A DNA stretch of 64,000 nucleotides from Deltaproteobacteria bacterium (GTDB taxonomy: Bacteria; Desulfobacterota; Desulfomonilia; UBA1062). The stretch lies in the NCBI GenBank assembly GCA_029552245.1, contig JAKPDW010000047.1, positions 53,935 through 117,934 of the forward strand, read 5' to 3'. The stretch's first letter is position 1, and each line of letters opens with the position of its first letter. The notes beneath the pieces are model-generated. The model was not told where the DNA came from, made no database searches, and saw nothing but the letters and a program-made list of their open reading frames with translations. The position numbers were made by a program, and so were the translations under genes. This document shows, one piece after another, positions 1 through 9,257 of this stretch.

Positions 1-437
1 CCTCCAGCATCTGAACGGGAAACGAACGCGGCACCAACCTCAAGCGGCCGGGTTTAAGATTATCCCGATCCTTGCAGGTTCGCAAGGGGCAGGTTTCTTC
101 ACGGTTCCGCCGGGCATGACCGCTCGACGGACAGGCCGTCACTCCATGCGGCGTCATCTTTCCGCCTGCTCATGGTGTCCCGCGCCCCGAGAGCGGGTTT
201 AAAAGGCCCCATCCCGTGCGGCCGGGCAGGGCCCCCTCTCGTGAACAGGCAAGGAAGCCCGCGCGCCCGAAGGATCCATCCCGACCTCCTCGGCAAGTCG
301 GACAGGGCCGCCCTCACCCTCCATCCATGCCGAGAAAGGCGGCATTCCTCCAAGCACGTGGCAAGGCGGACGCGCCCAGAGAGAAGCGTCCCGCCGGAAG
401 ACACCCCTCAGGACAAGCCCGCACGCGAAAGCACAGC

Positions 438-523
438 CGGCATACCCGGACGAGGGTCATACTCCCCACATGGCGAGAGAATGGAGCACCTGGCCCGACG
501 GTATACCGGGACGGGGGTCATGC
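438..523. repeat. Direct repeat pair, 25 nt, period 61
   Basis: cggcatacccggacgagggtcatac (438-462) vs cggtataccgggacgggggtcatgc (499-523), 21/25 identical. Confidence 0.7.
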
Positions 524-918
524 ACGTCCTGCCGTGCATGCGTCGAGCTGGACGACCCTAAACACGGACGTCTAAGAGGCCTCTTCCTCCTGGGGGCGTG
601 CCCGTCTCGTCGGCGGGTGTCTCCCTGAGGAACCCCGAGACCCCATGACGTGGATGTACCGGCGTCACGGGGGAGAGCCGAGGCTTCGCGGCGTACGAAC
701 GGCCCTGCAAGGACGAAGTGCTCGGCCCTGGCCCGATGCCCCCCCAACGCCTGTCGACAGGGGGGCACCGCCACGGTTCCATCAGAGAACATCCCCCTCT
801 CTTCGCTCGAAGGGACGGCCCTCACCTCGAGGCCGCCGAAAGAGCAAGCCCGTCCCCCGAGGGGCGGCCTCCAGGGAAAGGGCCGACTCCCCGGCGAGAC
901 CGATGACGGGGGTGGTTC

Positions 919-2133
919 TCAGAAGAAGCGCACCGCGGTCTTGATCGCCTGATACGACCCCTTGGACACGCTCACCTCCAGGAGTTCCCTGTACCTCGTT
1001 ATGGGGAAGGTGTGGGTGAGCATGTCCTCCACGTGGACCCTCGAGGAGGCCACGAGCTCGAGAGCCCGGGAGAAGGCGTGCCTCTTCCCCGATCCGTCCT
1101 CGTTCACGGCGTGCCCGTAGCACCCCTTGAGGGTGAGGAGCTTGAGCCACAGCGGCGTGGGGTCGAAGGTCACCTTGTTGCCGATGCCCACCAGGCTCAC
1201 CGTGCCGAGACCTGAGGTCGCGATGAGGGCCTGCTGGATCGTGTCCGAGTGGCCGACCGTGTCGAACACCTTGTCGAAGCCGCCCTGGAGGATATGCTCC
1301 CCGAGCATGGGCTTGTAGGCCCGTGCGCCGGCCATCTTGACGGCTGCATCCAGGATGCCGGATGCGACCACGTGGTCGGCTCCCGAGCGCCTGGCGTATT
1401 CGCGGTGAAAGGCCGACGGCTCAACCACGGTCACGCTGCAGCCGATGCCGAGGCCGCGTATGGCCTTGACCACCATGGCGCCGATGACCCCGCCGCCGAT
1501 GACAAGGACCGCATCGCCGTCTTTCGGCAGGTTGTCGAGCACCGCCTGGAGCCCCACGGCGAGAGGTTCGGTCAGCACCGCGGATTCGGGGGAAACCCCG
1601 TCCGGCACCCTGAACACCTGGGATGTGTGGGCGACCATGTATTCAGCGAAGCCCCCGCCTATGTCCTTGCATATGCCGGCGAACATGCCGGGAGCGAACG
1701 CCCCCTCGGCGAACCGCTCGCAGTTGCCGGGCCTGCCCGAGGAGCACATGCGGCAGACGGGCGTGAGCCCTCTCGTGACGCAGCTCAAGGACGGGTTGAC
1801 CGTGACGAGGTCGCCCACCTTGCAGTCGTGAACGTCTGCGCCCGTCTCCACCACCTCGCCCGCCAGCTCGTGCCCGAAGATGCACGGGAAGGAGGTGAAG
1901 GGGGAGGCCATGGGGGAATCCTTCACCATGAGGAGGTTGATGTCGCTGCCGCAGAGACCGCAGAGCCTCACCCTGACCTTCACCCACTCGCGCCCCGGCA
2001 GGGCCGGCTCGGGCACGTCCCTGAGGCTCACCGTGGCGAACGGGCCCTCGAAGAAATACTTCCTGTTGAGCCTGCCGAGAACCTGGAGCACGAGGTACTG
2101 GGGTACCGTTATGGAAAAGACCAGCGCCTTCAC
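919..2133 (-). CDS. Zinc-dependent medium-chain alcohol dehydrogenase (threonine/sorbitol DH-like)
   Basis: CGSD, GHE catalytic Zn motif, structural Zn Cys cluster (C..C..C..C), GGGVIG NAD-binding motif. Confidence 0.9.
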   Translation of the reverse strand: MKALVFSITVPQYLVLQVLGRLNRKYFFEGPFATVSLRDVPEPALPGREWVKVRVRLCGLCGSDINLLMVKDSPMASPFTSFPCIFGHELAGEVVETGADVHDCKVGDLVTVNPSLSCVTRGLTPVCRMCSSGRPGNCERFAEGAFAPGMFAGICKDIGGGFAEYMVAHTSQVFRVPDGVSPESAVLTEPLAVGLQAVLDNLPKDGDAVLVIGGGVIGAMVVKAIRGLGIGCSVTVVEPSAFHREYARRSGADHVVASGILDAAVKMAGARAYKPMLGEHILQGGFDKVFDTVGHSDTIQQALIATSGLGTVSLVGIGNKVTFDPTPLWLKLLTLKGCYGHAVNEDGSGKRHAFSRALELVASSRVHVEDMLTHTFPITRYRELLEVSVSKGSYQAIKTAVRFF

Positions 2134-2136
2134 GGC

Positions 2137-3807
2137 TCACTCCATCTTGAGGGCCTGGTAGAACAGGGGTGTCGCCGGGCTCGTGGCAGTCGGGTCGGTC
2201 ATGACGTTTACGCAGGCGGGCCTGCCTGACTCGAGGGCGCGCCTGATGGCCGGCACGATCTCCTCGTCCCTCGTCACGAACTCGCCGTGGCCCCCGAGCC
2301 CCTCGACCATCTTCTCGTACCGCCTCTCTCCCAGTTCGGCGCACTGGAGGCGGTCGCAGCCTATGGACAGCTCCTGGCTGTGCTTGATCATGCCCCAGGC
2401 CTGGTCGTTGTTCACGATGACGAGCACCGGGATGTTGTGCCTCACCATGGTATCGAACTCCATGGCGTTGAAACCGAACGACCCGTCACCGTTGAGCACC
2501 ACGACCTTCTTGTCCGGCCTCGCGAGCTTGGCCGCGATGCCGAAGGGGATGCCCGTCCCCAGGCACCCGAGGAGGCCGGAGGAGGTCCCGAGGACGCCGG
2601 CCTTCTCCTTTGAGGTCAGGCCGGTGAGCCCGAAGTAGCTCGTGTCCCCCCCGTCCACCACGTAGAGGGCGTCGTCGCCTATGGCCTCCTGGATCCTTGC
2701 CACCAGCCGTATGGGATGGATCGGGTACGAGGGGCTCGAGCGAAGCCTGAGCTCGGTCTCCAAGAACGAACGGCTCGCCTTCCTGAGCATATCCACCCAC
2801 TCCGAGTGGTCCGCCCTCTTGACGAGCGGCAGGAGCTGGTTGAGCACCGATTGCGCGTCTCCCACGAGCCCCACGTCCGCGGTCCTGTTGCGGTCGATCT
2901 CGGTGGGGTCGATGTCTATGCGCACGACCTTCACGTGGGGGGGGATCACCGCTCCCGACTGCAGGAGCCAGTTGAACCTCACGCCCACGGCCACGAGCAC
3001 GTCCGCCTGGGTGAGCCCGAGCATCAGGCCCGTGTTCCCAACGTCCCAGAGGGAGAGCGGGTGGTTGTCCGCAAGCTCGCCCCTGCCGTTGTTCAAGAGG
3101 ATGAACGGTATGCCGGTCCGTTCCACGAACTGGCCAAGCGCAACTGAGCAGCAGCTCATGCCCACCCCGCTGCCGCCCATGAGGAGGGGTTTCTTCGCCG
3201 CATTGATGACATCCGCGGCCTGCTTGAGGTCCCAGTCGTCCGGGTGGACCGTGAACTTCCTGGCCGGCGCCTTGGGCATCGGCGCCTTTTCCACCGGGAC
3301 CTTCACGTTGAGGATGTCCGGGGGGAGTTCCAGGAACACCGGGCCCGGCCTTCCGCTCGAGGCGTTCCTGAACGCGGCAGCCAGGTACTCGGGAATCCTC
3401 TTCGTGTCGTAGCAGGTGGCCGCCCACTTGGTCACGGGCTTGACCATGTCTATCTGGTTCATCTCCTGGAGCGCGCCCTTGAGGTCATCCCTCAGGGGGT
3501 GCCTGCCGCACAGGACCACGACCGGCGCATTGTCGAGGAAGGCGTTCACGATCCCCGTCAGGGCGTTGGTGAAGCCGGGCCCTGCAGTGACCAGGCACAC
3601 CCCGGGCCTGCCCGTGTATATGGACCAGGCGTGGGCCATCATGGCGCACGCCTGCTCGTGCCTGACGTCTATGGCACGGATCCTGTACTCGGTGAAGCTG
3701 TCGAGGATCGCCTCGATGTGCCCGCCGGAGAGGCAGAAAACCGTGTCCACCTTTTCCACCTCCCTGAGATACTTCCCCACCAGGTGACCGCCCAGGATAT
3801 CGTTCAT
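2137..3807 (-). CDS. Thiamine-diphosphate-dependent enzyme (AHAS-like / 2-hydroxyacyl-CoA lyase family)
   Basis: DVRHEQ, VTAGPGFTN, GDGSFGF...NN ThDP-binding motif; no ilvN partner. Confidence 0.9.
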   Translation of the reverse strand: MNDILGGHLVGKYLREVEKVDTVFCLSGGHIEAILDSFTEYRIRAIDVRHEQACAMMAHAWSIYTGRPGVCLVTAGPGFTNALTGIVNAFLDNAPVVVLCGRHPLRDDLKGALQEMNQIDMVKPVTKWAATCYDTKRIPEYLAAAFRNASSGRPGPVFLELPPDILNVKVPVEKAPMPKAPARKFTVHPDDWDLKQAADVINAAKKPLLMGGSGVGMSCCSVALGQFVERTGIPFILLNNGRGELADNHPLSLWDVGNTGLMLGLTQADVLVAVGVRFNWLLQSGAVIPPHVKVVRIDIDPTEIDRNRTADVGLVGDAQSVLNQLLPLVKRADHSEWVDMLRKASRSFLETELRLRSSPSYPIHPIRLVARIQEAIGDDALYVVDGGDTSYFGLTGLTSKEKAGVLGTSSGLLGCLGTGIPFGIAAKLARPDKKVVVLNGDGSFGFNAMEFDTMVRHNIPVLVIVNNDQAWGMIKHSQELSIGCDRLQCAELGERRYEKMVEGLGGHGEFVTRDEEIVPAIRRALESGRPACVNVMTDPTATSPATPLFYQALKME

Positions 3808-3900
3808 GGGTCATCCTCCCCTGTCATAGTACCTGCGAAATCGTTCATCGTAAGGGCCGCGTCCGTTCGCACGGAAGTCGCGCCGCGGCCGCGTGGGTTG

Positions 3901-4257
3901 CTACATCACGAGCTTCACCGCATCGTTGAACCACTGGATGTAGTAGGCCATCCCCTCCACCCTGAGCTTGCCGGAGGCCGCCGCCATGAAGGTGGCCTCG
4001 TCGCTGCCCGAGAGCATCACCTTGAAGGCCGTGGACGCGTCGCTCCAGACGAGGGCCGCGTCAAAGGCGTGATTGGCGCCCGAGGCCGAGGTCACCCTCC
4101 CCTTGTCGAAGACGAAGAGCCTGCCCCACCTGTTGTCGGAGGTCTTGATGAGGATCCTGAGCTGGATGTTGCCAATGTAGTTCCTGAACGCCTTGTTCGT
4201 CTTCGCCGCCCTGGCGAGCTTGAGGTAGAGCCCGAAAAGAAGTAACGCCAGCTTCAT
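3901..4257 (-). CDS. Small SCP2 (sterol carrier)-like protein
   Basis: 118 aa ORF with GGAGG RBS; C-terminal pattern (DAALVWSD...AAASGKLRVEG) resembles SCP2 domains. Confidence 0.6.
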   Translation of the reverse strand: MKLALLLFGLYLKLARAAKTNKAFRNYIGNIQLRILIKTSDNRWGRLFVFDKGRVTSASGANHAFDAALVWSDASTAFKVMLSGSDEATFMAAASGKLRVEGMAYYIQWFNDAVKLVM

Positions 4258-4352
4258 GGAACCCTCCCTGCACGCATTTCAAGAATGCACAGACACTCGC
4301 GGCCCCCCATGCATCAACGCTTCTGACCGCGAATGACCGACCTTGTCATACC

Positions 4353-4380
4353 ATTATACTACCTAGGCCATGCTTGTCAA
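4353..4380 (-). promoter_or_regulatory. Sigma70 promoter of the SCP2/TPP/ADH operon
   Basis: Consensus TTGACA (4380-4375) N16 TATAAT (4358-4353) on the minus strand. Confidence 0.8.
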
Positions 4381-4384
4381 GCAA

Positions 4385-4404
4385 ATATGAGCAAGAGCTC
4401 ATAT
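4385..4404. promoter_or_regulatory. Candidate TetR operator
   Basis: Perfect inverted repeat ATATGAGC-aaga-GCTCATAT next to the -35 box, between the divergent tetR gene and the operon. Confidence 0.7.
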
Positions 4405-4459
4405 ATTGATCCATGGCCTTTCTTGTGGTATGGGTGACCTACGGCGTGGTGGCCAAGCG

Positions 4460-5074
4460 ATGCGTGTCCGAACACCCCAACAGAAGAGGAGCAGGGAGAG
4501 CAAACAACGCATCATGGAGGCCGGTCTCCGTCTCTTCGGCGAAAAGGGTCTGGCAGGGACCAGTTCCAACGAGATCGCCAGGAGAGCCGGGGTATCCATC
4601 GGGACCTTCTACAGTTACTTCAAGGACAAGCGGAGCCTCTTCCTCGCCATCCTCAAGATGCACCTAGACACGTTCGTCACAGGCATCTACCTCGTGGAAC
4701 AACAAGGCGACCCATCCATCGACTCGATCATCAGGGACCACGTACAGAGGGCCTTCGCCATCTTCGACAGGCAGCTCGACTTCCACAGGCAGGCCCTCGT
4801 GATGAAGTTCACGGACCCGGAAGTCAGGAGGCTCTTCGAGGAAGTGGAGGAGAAACAGCTCTCCCTCATCACGGCACTCCTCGAGCGCCACACGAAGCCG
4901 TCGAAAAACAGGGACCTGAAGGTGGTCGCCAAGGTCATCCACGGGGCGGTTGAGAACGCGGCACACGCGGTGAAGTTCCTCGCATCGCCCTTCAAGGAAG
5001 AGCGGTTCACGGAAGAACTCACCTCGATGATCCAGAGCTACGTCGAGGGGCTCACGGAACGCGAGCGGGGATGA
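4460..5074 (+). CDS. TetR/AcrR family transcriptional regulator
   Basis: PQQKRSRE...IARRAGVSIGTFYSYFKDK HTH; ATG at 4460 chosen as start. Confidence 0.92.
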   Translation: MRVRTPQQKRSRESKQRIMEAGLRLFGEKGLAGTSSNEIARRAGVSIGTFYSYFKDKRSLFLAILKMHLDTFVTGIYLVEQQGDPSIDSIIRDHVQRAFAIFDRQLDFHRQALVMKFTDPEVRRLFEEVEEKQLSLITALLERHTKPSKNRDLKVVAKVIHGAVENAAHAVKFLASPFKEERFTEELTSMIQSYVEGLTERERG

Positions 5075-5627
5075 ACGCGCCTGTCGGCGCCCGGCGCCTG
5101 CCACGCGGAGATCACCCTTCTTTACGCTGACGCCAAGCGTATGCGCCGGCCGGCCGATGCGCCGACCGGCGCCGATGAGGGAAGGGATCTCCCTGTGAAG
5201 GCGCCCTCGCAGACTTGAATCCCTCCCCACAAGAGGGGCCTATCCTCAGGGAGAAAGACGCACACGACGCTTCATCGTTCAAGCCCGCGCGAGACAAACC
5301 CCTGCGCAGGCGTGCCCGCCATGGGAGGCTCGCCTGCGAGGGCGACCGGCCACATAGTGGGAGGGACGACCGGGTCCCCAAGGGAAGGCCCCCAAGGCGT
5401 TCGTCGTCCCTGGGCCCGTTGACGATCCTGGCAAATCAGGTGTCGGAGCGACTCGTTGGAAGGCGCCCCGGGCGCCCGCAGTCCCTCCCCGAGGCCGGGC
5501 ACACGTGACGCCAGCAGGACCATGACCTAGGGCACCCTTTCCTTTTCCATCGAGGGCATTATAATGAGGACCCAGGGAAGTCATTGAATCTTGGAATGCA
5601 CCTGCACTGCAGTGAAGGCGGTCATGC

Positions 5628-6896
5628 ATGTGCCTAAACGCGACGATCGGACATCCCTCGGCATGCATGCAGGAGATCCGCGTCCCCGAGGGCGTCCCTC
5701 ATGCCTGGGACGAGCTCCTCGAGACCGCGAGATGCGTCCTGGGCGCATCCTCGGCCTTTATCGTACGTACCGTCGCTCCTCGACTCGAGATCGTCTCCAG
5801 CGCGTCCCCGAAGAAGGCGCAGGGGAGCTCCTTGTCGCTGGCAGCCCGGGTCAGAAGGCAGTGCGAAGAGGCGGCGGCCTCCGGCGAGGTCGTGGTCAGG
5901 ACATCGAGGTCGCACAGGCGCCACGGGCGTGGATCCTCCCCCACCCTGTCGTCCACCATCTCGGCGCCCCTTTCTTGGCCGACCGGCGCCCCGTTCGGGG
6001 CCGTGTGCGTCGTGGGCGTTCAGGGATGTCCTTGCACGAAAGAAGAGCTCGCGGGCATCGTGCGGGCATTCTCGCGTCTCGCAACCCGAATCCTCGAGAA
6101 CGCCCTCTTGTCGGCCGATCTCGAGGCGGCGCTCAGGGAGGTCTCCAGGCTGGCCGAGGAGAGGGAGCGTTTCCTCGGCGTGGCCGCGCACGACATGAAG
6201 AACGCCCTGAACGCCTTCCTCGGCTGCTGCAGGCACCTTCTTCCCGGAGCCGACGAGCTTGACGCGCGCAGGAGAAGGTTCCTCGAGCTGGCGCACAGCT
6301 CGGCAACGACCCTCATCCAGCTCATGGATGAACTCATGGACATCGCGAGGATCGAGAGCGCAGCGAGGGCGCCGTCGAGTTCCACCCCGGACGCCAGGGA
6401 GGTCATCCTCGAATGCATCCACATGCATCGACACCTGGCCGAGGCAAAGGGCATCATGATCGACCTCGTGCTCCCGAAGACCGACATCACGGCGCCCATC
6501 GACAGCACCCTGCTCGCGTGCGTGATGAACAACCTCCTGTCGAATGCCGTGAAGTTCTCACCGAACGGCGCCTCAGTGGTCGTCTCCGTGGAGGTCCAGC
6601 AGGGAAACGTCGTCGTGAGGGTGACCGATCATGGGCCCGGCATCCCGCGGGAGGAACAGCCTCGCCTGTTCAGGCCCTTCCAGAAGGCCAGCCCGAGACC
6701 TTCCGGCGAGGAGACGAGTACGGGGCTCGGCTTGTACATCGCCCGAAGGATCGTCGAGGGCCACGGAGGGAGCATCTGGGTCGAGAGCGAGCCGGGCAAG
6801 GGGGCCACGTTCTCCTTCACCATCTCGAGCTCGTCGTCCACCCGTCCCGCCGGTGCGGAAAAGGAGGGGACGGCCGACCCGGGCGTGCGGCCCTGA
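5628..6896 (+). CDS. Sensor histidine kinase with degenerate GAF-like N-terminus
   Basis: H-box AAHDMKNAL, N-box NLLSNAVKFS, G1 DHGPGI, G2 GLGLYI; start uncertain (5628 or 5667). Confidence 0.85.
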   Translation: MCLNATIGHPSACMQEIRVPEGVPHAWDELLETARCVLGASSAFIVRTVAPRLEIVSSASPKKAQGSSLSLAARVRRQCEEAAASGEVVVRTSRSHRRHGRGSSPTLSSTISAPLSWPTGAPFGAVCVVGVQGCPCTKEELAGIVRAFSRLATRILENALLSADLEAALREVSRLAEERERFLGVAAHDMKNALNAFLGCCRHLLPGADELDARRRRFLELAHSSATTLIQLMDELMDIARIESAARAPSSSTPDAREVILECIHMHRHLAEAKGIMIDLVLPKTDITAPIDSTLLACVMNNLLSNAVKFSPNGASVVVSVEVQQGNVVVRVTDHGPGIPREEQPRLFRPFQKASPRPSGEETSTGLGLYIARRIVEGHGGSIWVESEPGKGATFSFTISSSSSTRPAGAEKEGTADPGVRP

Positions 6897-7483
6897 CGGG
6901 CATCCTGGTCGAACCCCGCACGTCTGTGGGCGCAAAGACGCCGGCGCTCGCATGAAGCCCGGACCGAGGACATCCATACCACACCCTCCGAAAGGTGGCA
7001 TGTGCCGAAAGTCTTTCGCGGTGATGGTGGCACGGGCCTTTCTCCCCATCACCCATGGCATGCCGGACGAGCCCCCTCACCCTCGAACATCCCGCCGCCT
7101 GACGCCCCTGCCGAAGGAACGGTTCGTCTCCTGGCTCGCACCCGGGCAGCCTCTTCAACGAGGCGAGGGCATCCCCTGACACGACCGGGGCCGACCTTCG
7201 AGACGCCTCATGCATGCAACCGGAAACACGCGACGGATGGCCCCTTGGCTCATGACACCGCCTGCGCGCAGACCACGAGGGGATCGCCTGCGCTATCCCT
7301 TCCCCATGCACGCAAAAGGGGCACCAGGGCGCCCTCGGGCGTCCACGAGGCGAGAGACAAGCCTGCACACGCACCGGTTGCAAACCCGTAACCCACTCTC
7401 GGTCGGGCGGATTCGTCCGAGAAGAACGTTGTGAGTGCATCACGGCACCCCACCTCAGAGCCCCGCGTGAAGGAGGGAGATCC

Positions 7484-8329
7484 ATGAGTATCGGCAGGAA
7501 GTTCATCTCGGCAATCGGCTGCGCCTTCATCGTCTCTCTGTTTCTGTGCCCAGGCGCCTGGGCGGAACGGACCGTGACGGTGGCGCTCGGCGGAGACGTC
7601 TTCCACATGAAGGAGAAGAGTGCGAAGGGCGGCTTCGAAGGGTATGAAATCGACCTGATGAAGGCTGTGGCCCAGGAGGCGGGATTCAAGATCAAGTTCG
7701 TGGAAGTGCCCTGGAAGTCCCTGTTCGACGGCCTCAACGAGGGGAAATACGACGCGGTCATCGCATCCGTGAACATCACGTCCGGGAGGAAGGAACGTTA
7801 CGAGCTCTCCGATCCGTACTTCAGCGCGGCGCAGCTCCTCGTGGTCCCCAGGTCAAAGGTCAACATGAAGCTGAGCGGCAGGAACGTGGGTGTCTTCAGG
7901 CTCTCCGCCGCCGCCGACAGGATCAGGAGATCCGGCGCCAACATCACCTACTACACCGTGCAGGAGACGCCGCAAGCATTCAAGGACCTTCAGAAGGGGA
8001 CGATCGACGCCCTGCTCTGCGACAGCCCCGTGGCCATCGGCTGCACGGCGGGCTCCACGTCATCCTCCCTGTGCATAGCGAGCCTGGACATCCTCGACGC
8101 GAAAGAATGCGTGGAAGAGTACGGCATCGTCTGCAGGAAGGGCAACAGGGAGCTCGTGGAGCTCATCAACAAGGGCCTGGCGTCCGTGAAGGCGAAGAAG
8201 CTCGACAACGAGTTCGCGCTCAGGTGGTTCAAGGGGACCGCTGTCGCGTCCACATCGCAGGGCTCCGGGTCCTTCTTCGCTTCCGAGATCCAGACCGGAC
8301 CCCAGAACTCTCCGGTCTCATCCAAGTAG
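7484..8329 (+). CDS. Amino-acid ABC transporter substrate-binding protein (family 3), orphan
   Basis: Signal peptide; GYEIDL, WKSLFDGLNEGKYD, ITSGRKERYELSDPY motifs. Confidence 0.88.
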   Translation: MSIGRKFISAIGCAFIVSLFLCPGAWAERTVTVALGGDVFHMKEKSAKGGFEGYEIDLMKAVAQEAGFKIKFVEVPWKSLFDGLNEGKYDAVIASVNITSGRKERYELSDPYFSAAQLLVVPRSKVNMKLSGRNVGVFRLSAAADRIRRSGANITYYTVQETPQAFKDLQKGTIDALLCDSPVAIGCTAGSTSSSLCIASLDILDAKECVEEYGIVCRKGNRELVELINKGLASVKAKKLDNEFALRWFKGTAVASTSQGSGSFFASEIQTGPQNSPVSSK

Positions 8330-8403
8330 CCCGCCTTGCCCGAGCCCGCTTAGGGCACCCCCGGGGGGCGTCCCTTGCCCCCCGTCGCGTGGCGCCCTCA
8401 CCG

Positions 8404-8736
8404 TCACGCGCCCGGCCTGGGGGGCCTCACGCAGGCGAGCCCGTCGATGAAATGGCCGATGGCGAGCAGGGGGTGTTCGAACATCATGCGGGGCCCGGCA
8501 TACCGCATGACACGCCTGACCTCTTCCCGCATGCCCCCCTGATAGCAATGGATGGGGCATGCGGCGCAGGTGGGCTTCTTCGCGCCGTAGGGGCAATTTC
8601 GCAGACGTTTCTCGGCGTACTCGCACAACTCCCGGCAGCGGGAACACAAGGCCCCTTTCGACCCGTGACGGTCCCTGCAGTACATTTCGATCATGACCCT
8701 GATGGTCTTTTCCTCGCGCAAGAGACGGCCTTTCAT
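8404..8736 (-). CDS. YgbA / nitrous-oxide-stimulated promoter family protein
   Basis: REEKTIRVMIEMYC...C..C...CPYG..KPTC..CPIHCY...MRYAGPRM signature. Confidence 0.88.
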   Translation of the reverse strand: MKGRLLREEKTIRVMIEMYCRDRHGSKGALCSRCRELCEYAEKRLRNCPYGAKKPTCAACPIHCYQGGMREEVRRVMRYAGPRMMFEHPLLAIGHFIDGLACVRPPRPGA

Positions 8737-8863
8737 TCTCCTCACCACTTTCGGGCTCACCGCGGCCAACTGTCGCAGGGTCCGGTATCCTTCACGTCCC
8801 CCACCCTGTCAAGGTGCTCACGGCAACCTCCTCGCCGCCTGCACCCTGCCCCCGGCGGTCGGT

Positions 8864-8953
8864 CTCCTCTATGCATGCACAAGGGGCGTGAAAAGGACGG
8901 GACGATCACTTCGCGTGCGGCATCCTCCTTCATGCATGCAAACAGGGGTGTGA
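8864..8953. repeat. Direct repeat pair, about 28 nt, period 61-62
   Basis: ctcctctatgcatgcacaaggggcgtga (8864-8891) vs ctccttcatgcatgcaaacaggggtgtga (8925-8953), 24 identities with 1 gap. Confidence 0.65.
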
Positions 8954-9257
8954 TCCCATGCAACAAGACAAACGGCTTTGCCGCCTTCCCCGCCCCTTGT
9001 CGCGTCTTCTTCCCCGGACATGTCATGGGCGGCACCCCGCAGGCGTTTGTCTCACGCCGTGACCCGCCTCCAACGGCACGGACCGCTCCGGCACGAGGCC
9101 GTACCCGCACCGGGCATCGAGGATGAGAGACCCGTTCCGCGTGTATACAGGGCATCGGCGCACCGCTCTCGTGATGCATGGCCAAATCGTTCCAAAAGGT
9201 CTATAAGGAATGCATCAAGTACATCGCTTGCAGGTTCGATAAGAATCACGGGCGAAG

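Noticed and set aside
1..918. Short Arg/Pro-rich ORFs in this and other long intergenic regions
   Set aside because: No RBS or motif support, and composition is typical of non-coding GC-rich sequence.
2137..3807. Annotation as ilvB
   Set aside because: It lacks the AHAS-specific GMHG and RFDDR motifs and an ilvN partner, and the true ilvBN is at 52611-54822.
5141..5177. Short tandem duplication atgcgccggccggccg x2; similar 25- and 15-nt tandems at 24802-24885
   Set aside because: Simple adjacent duplications with no spacer and no evident function.
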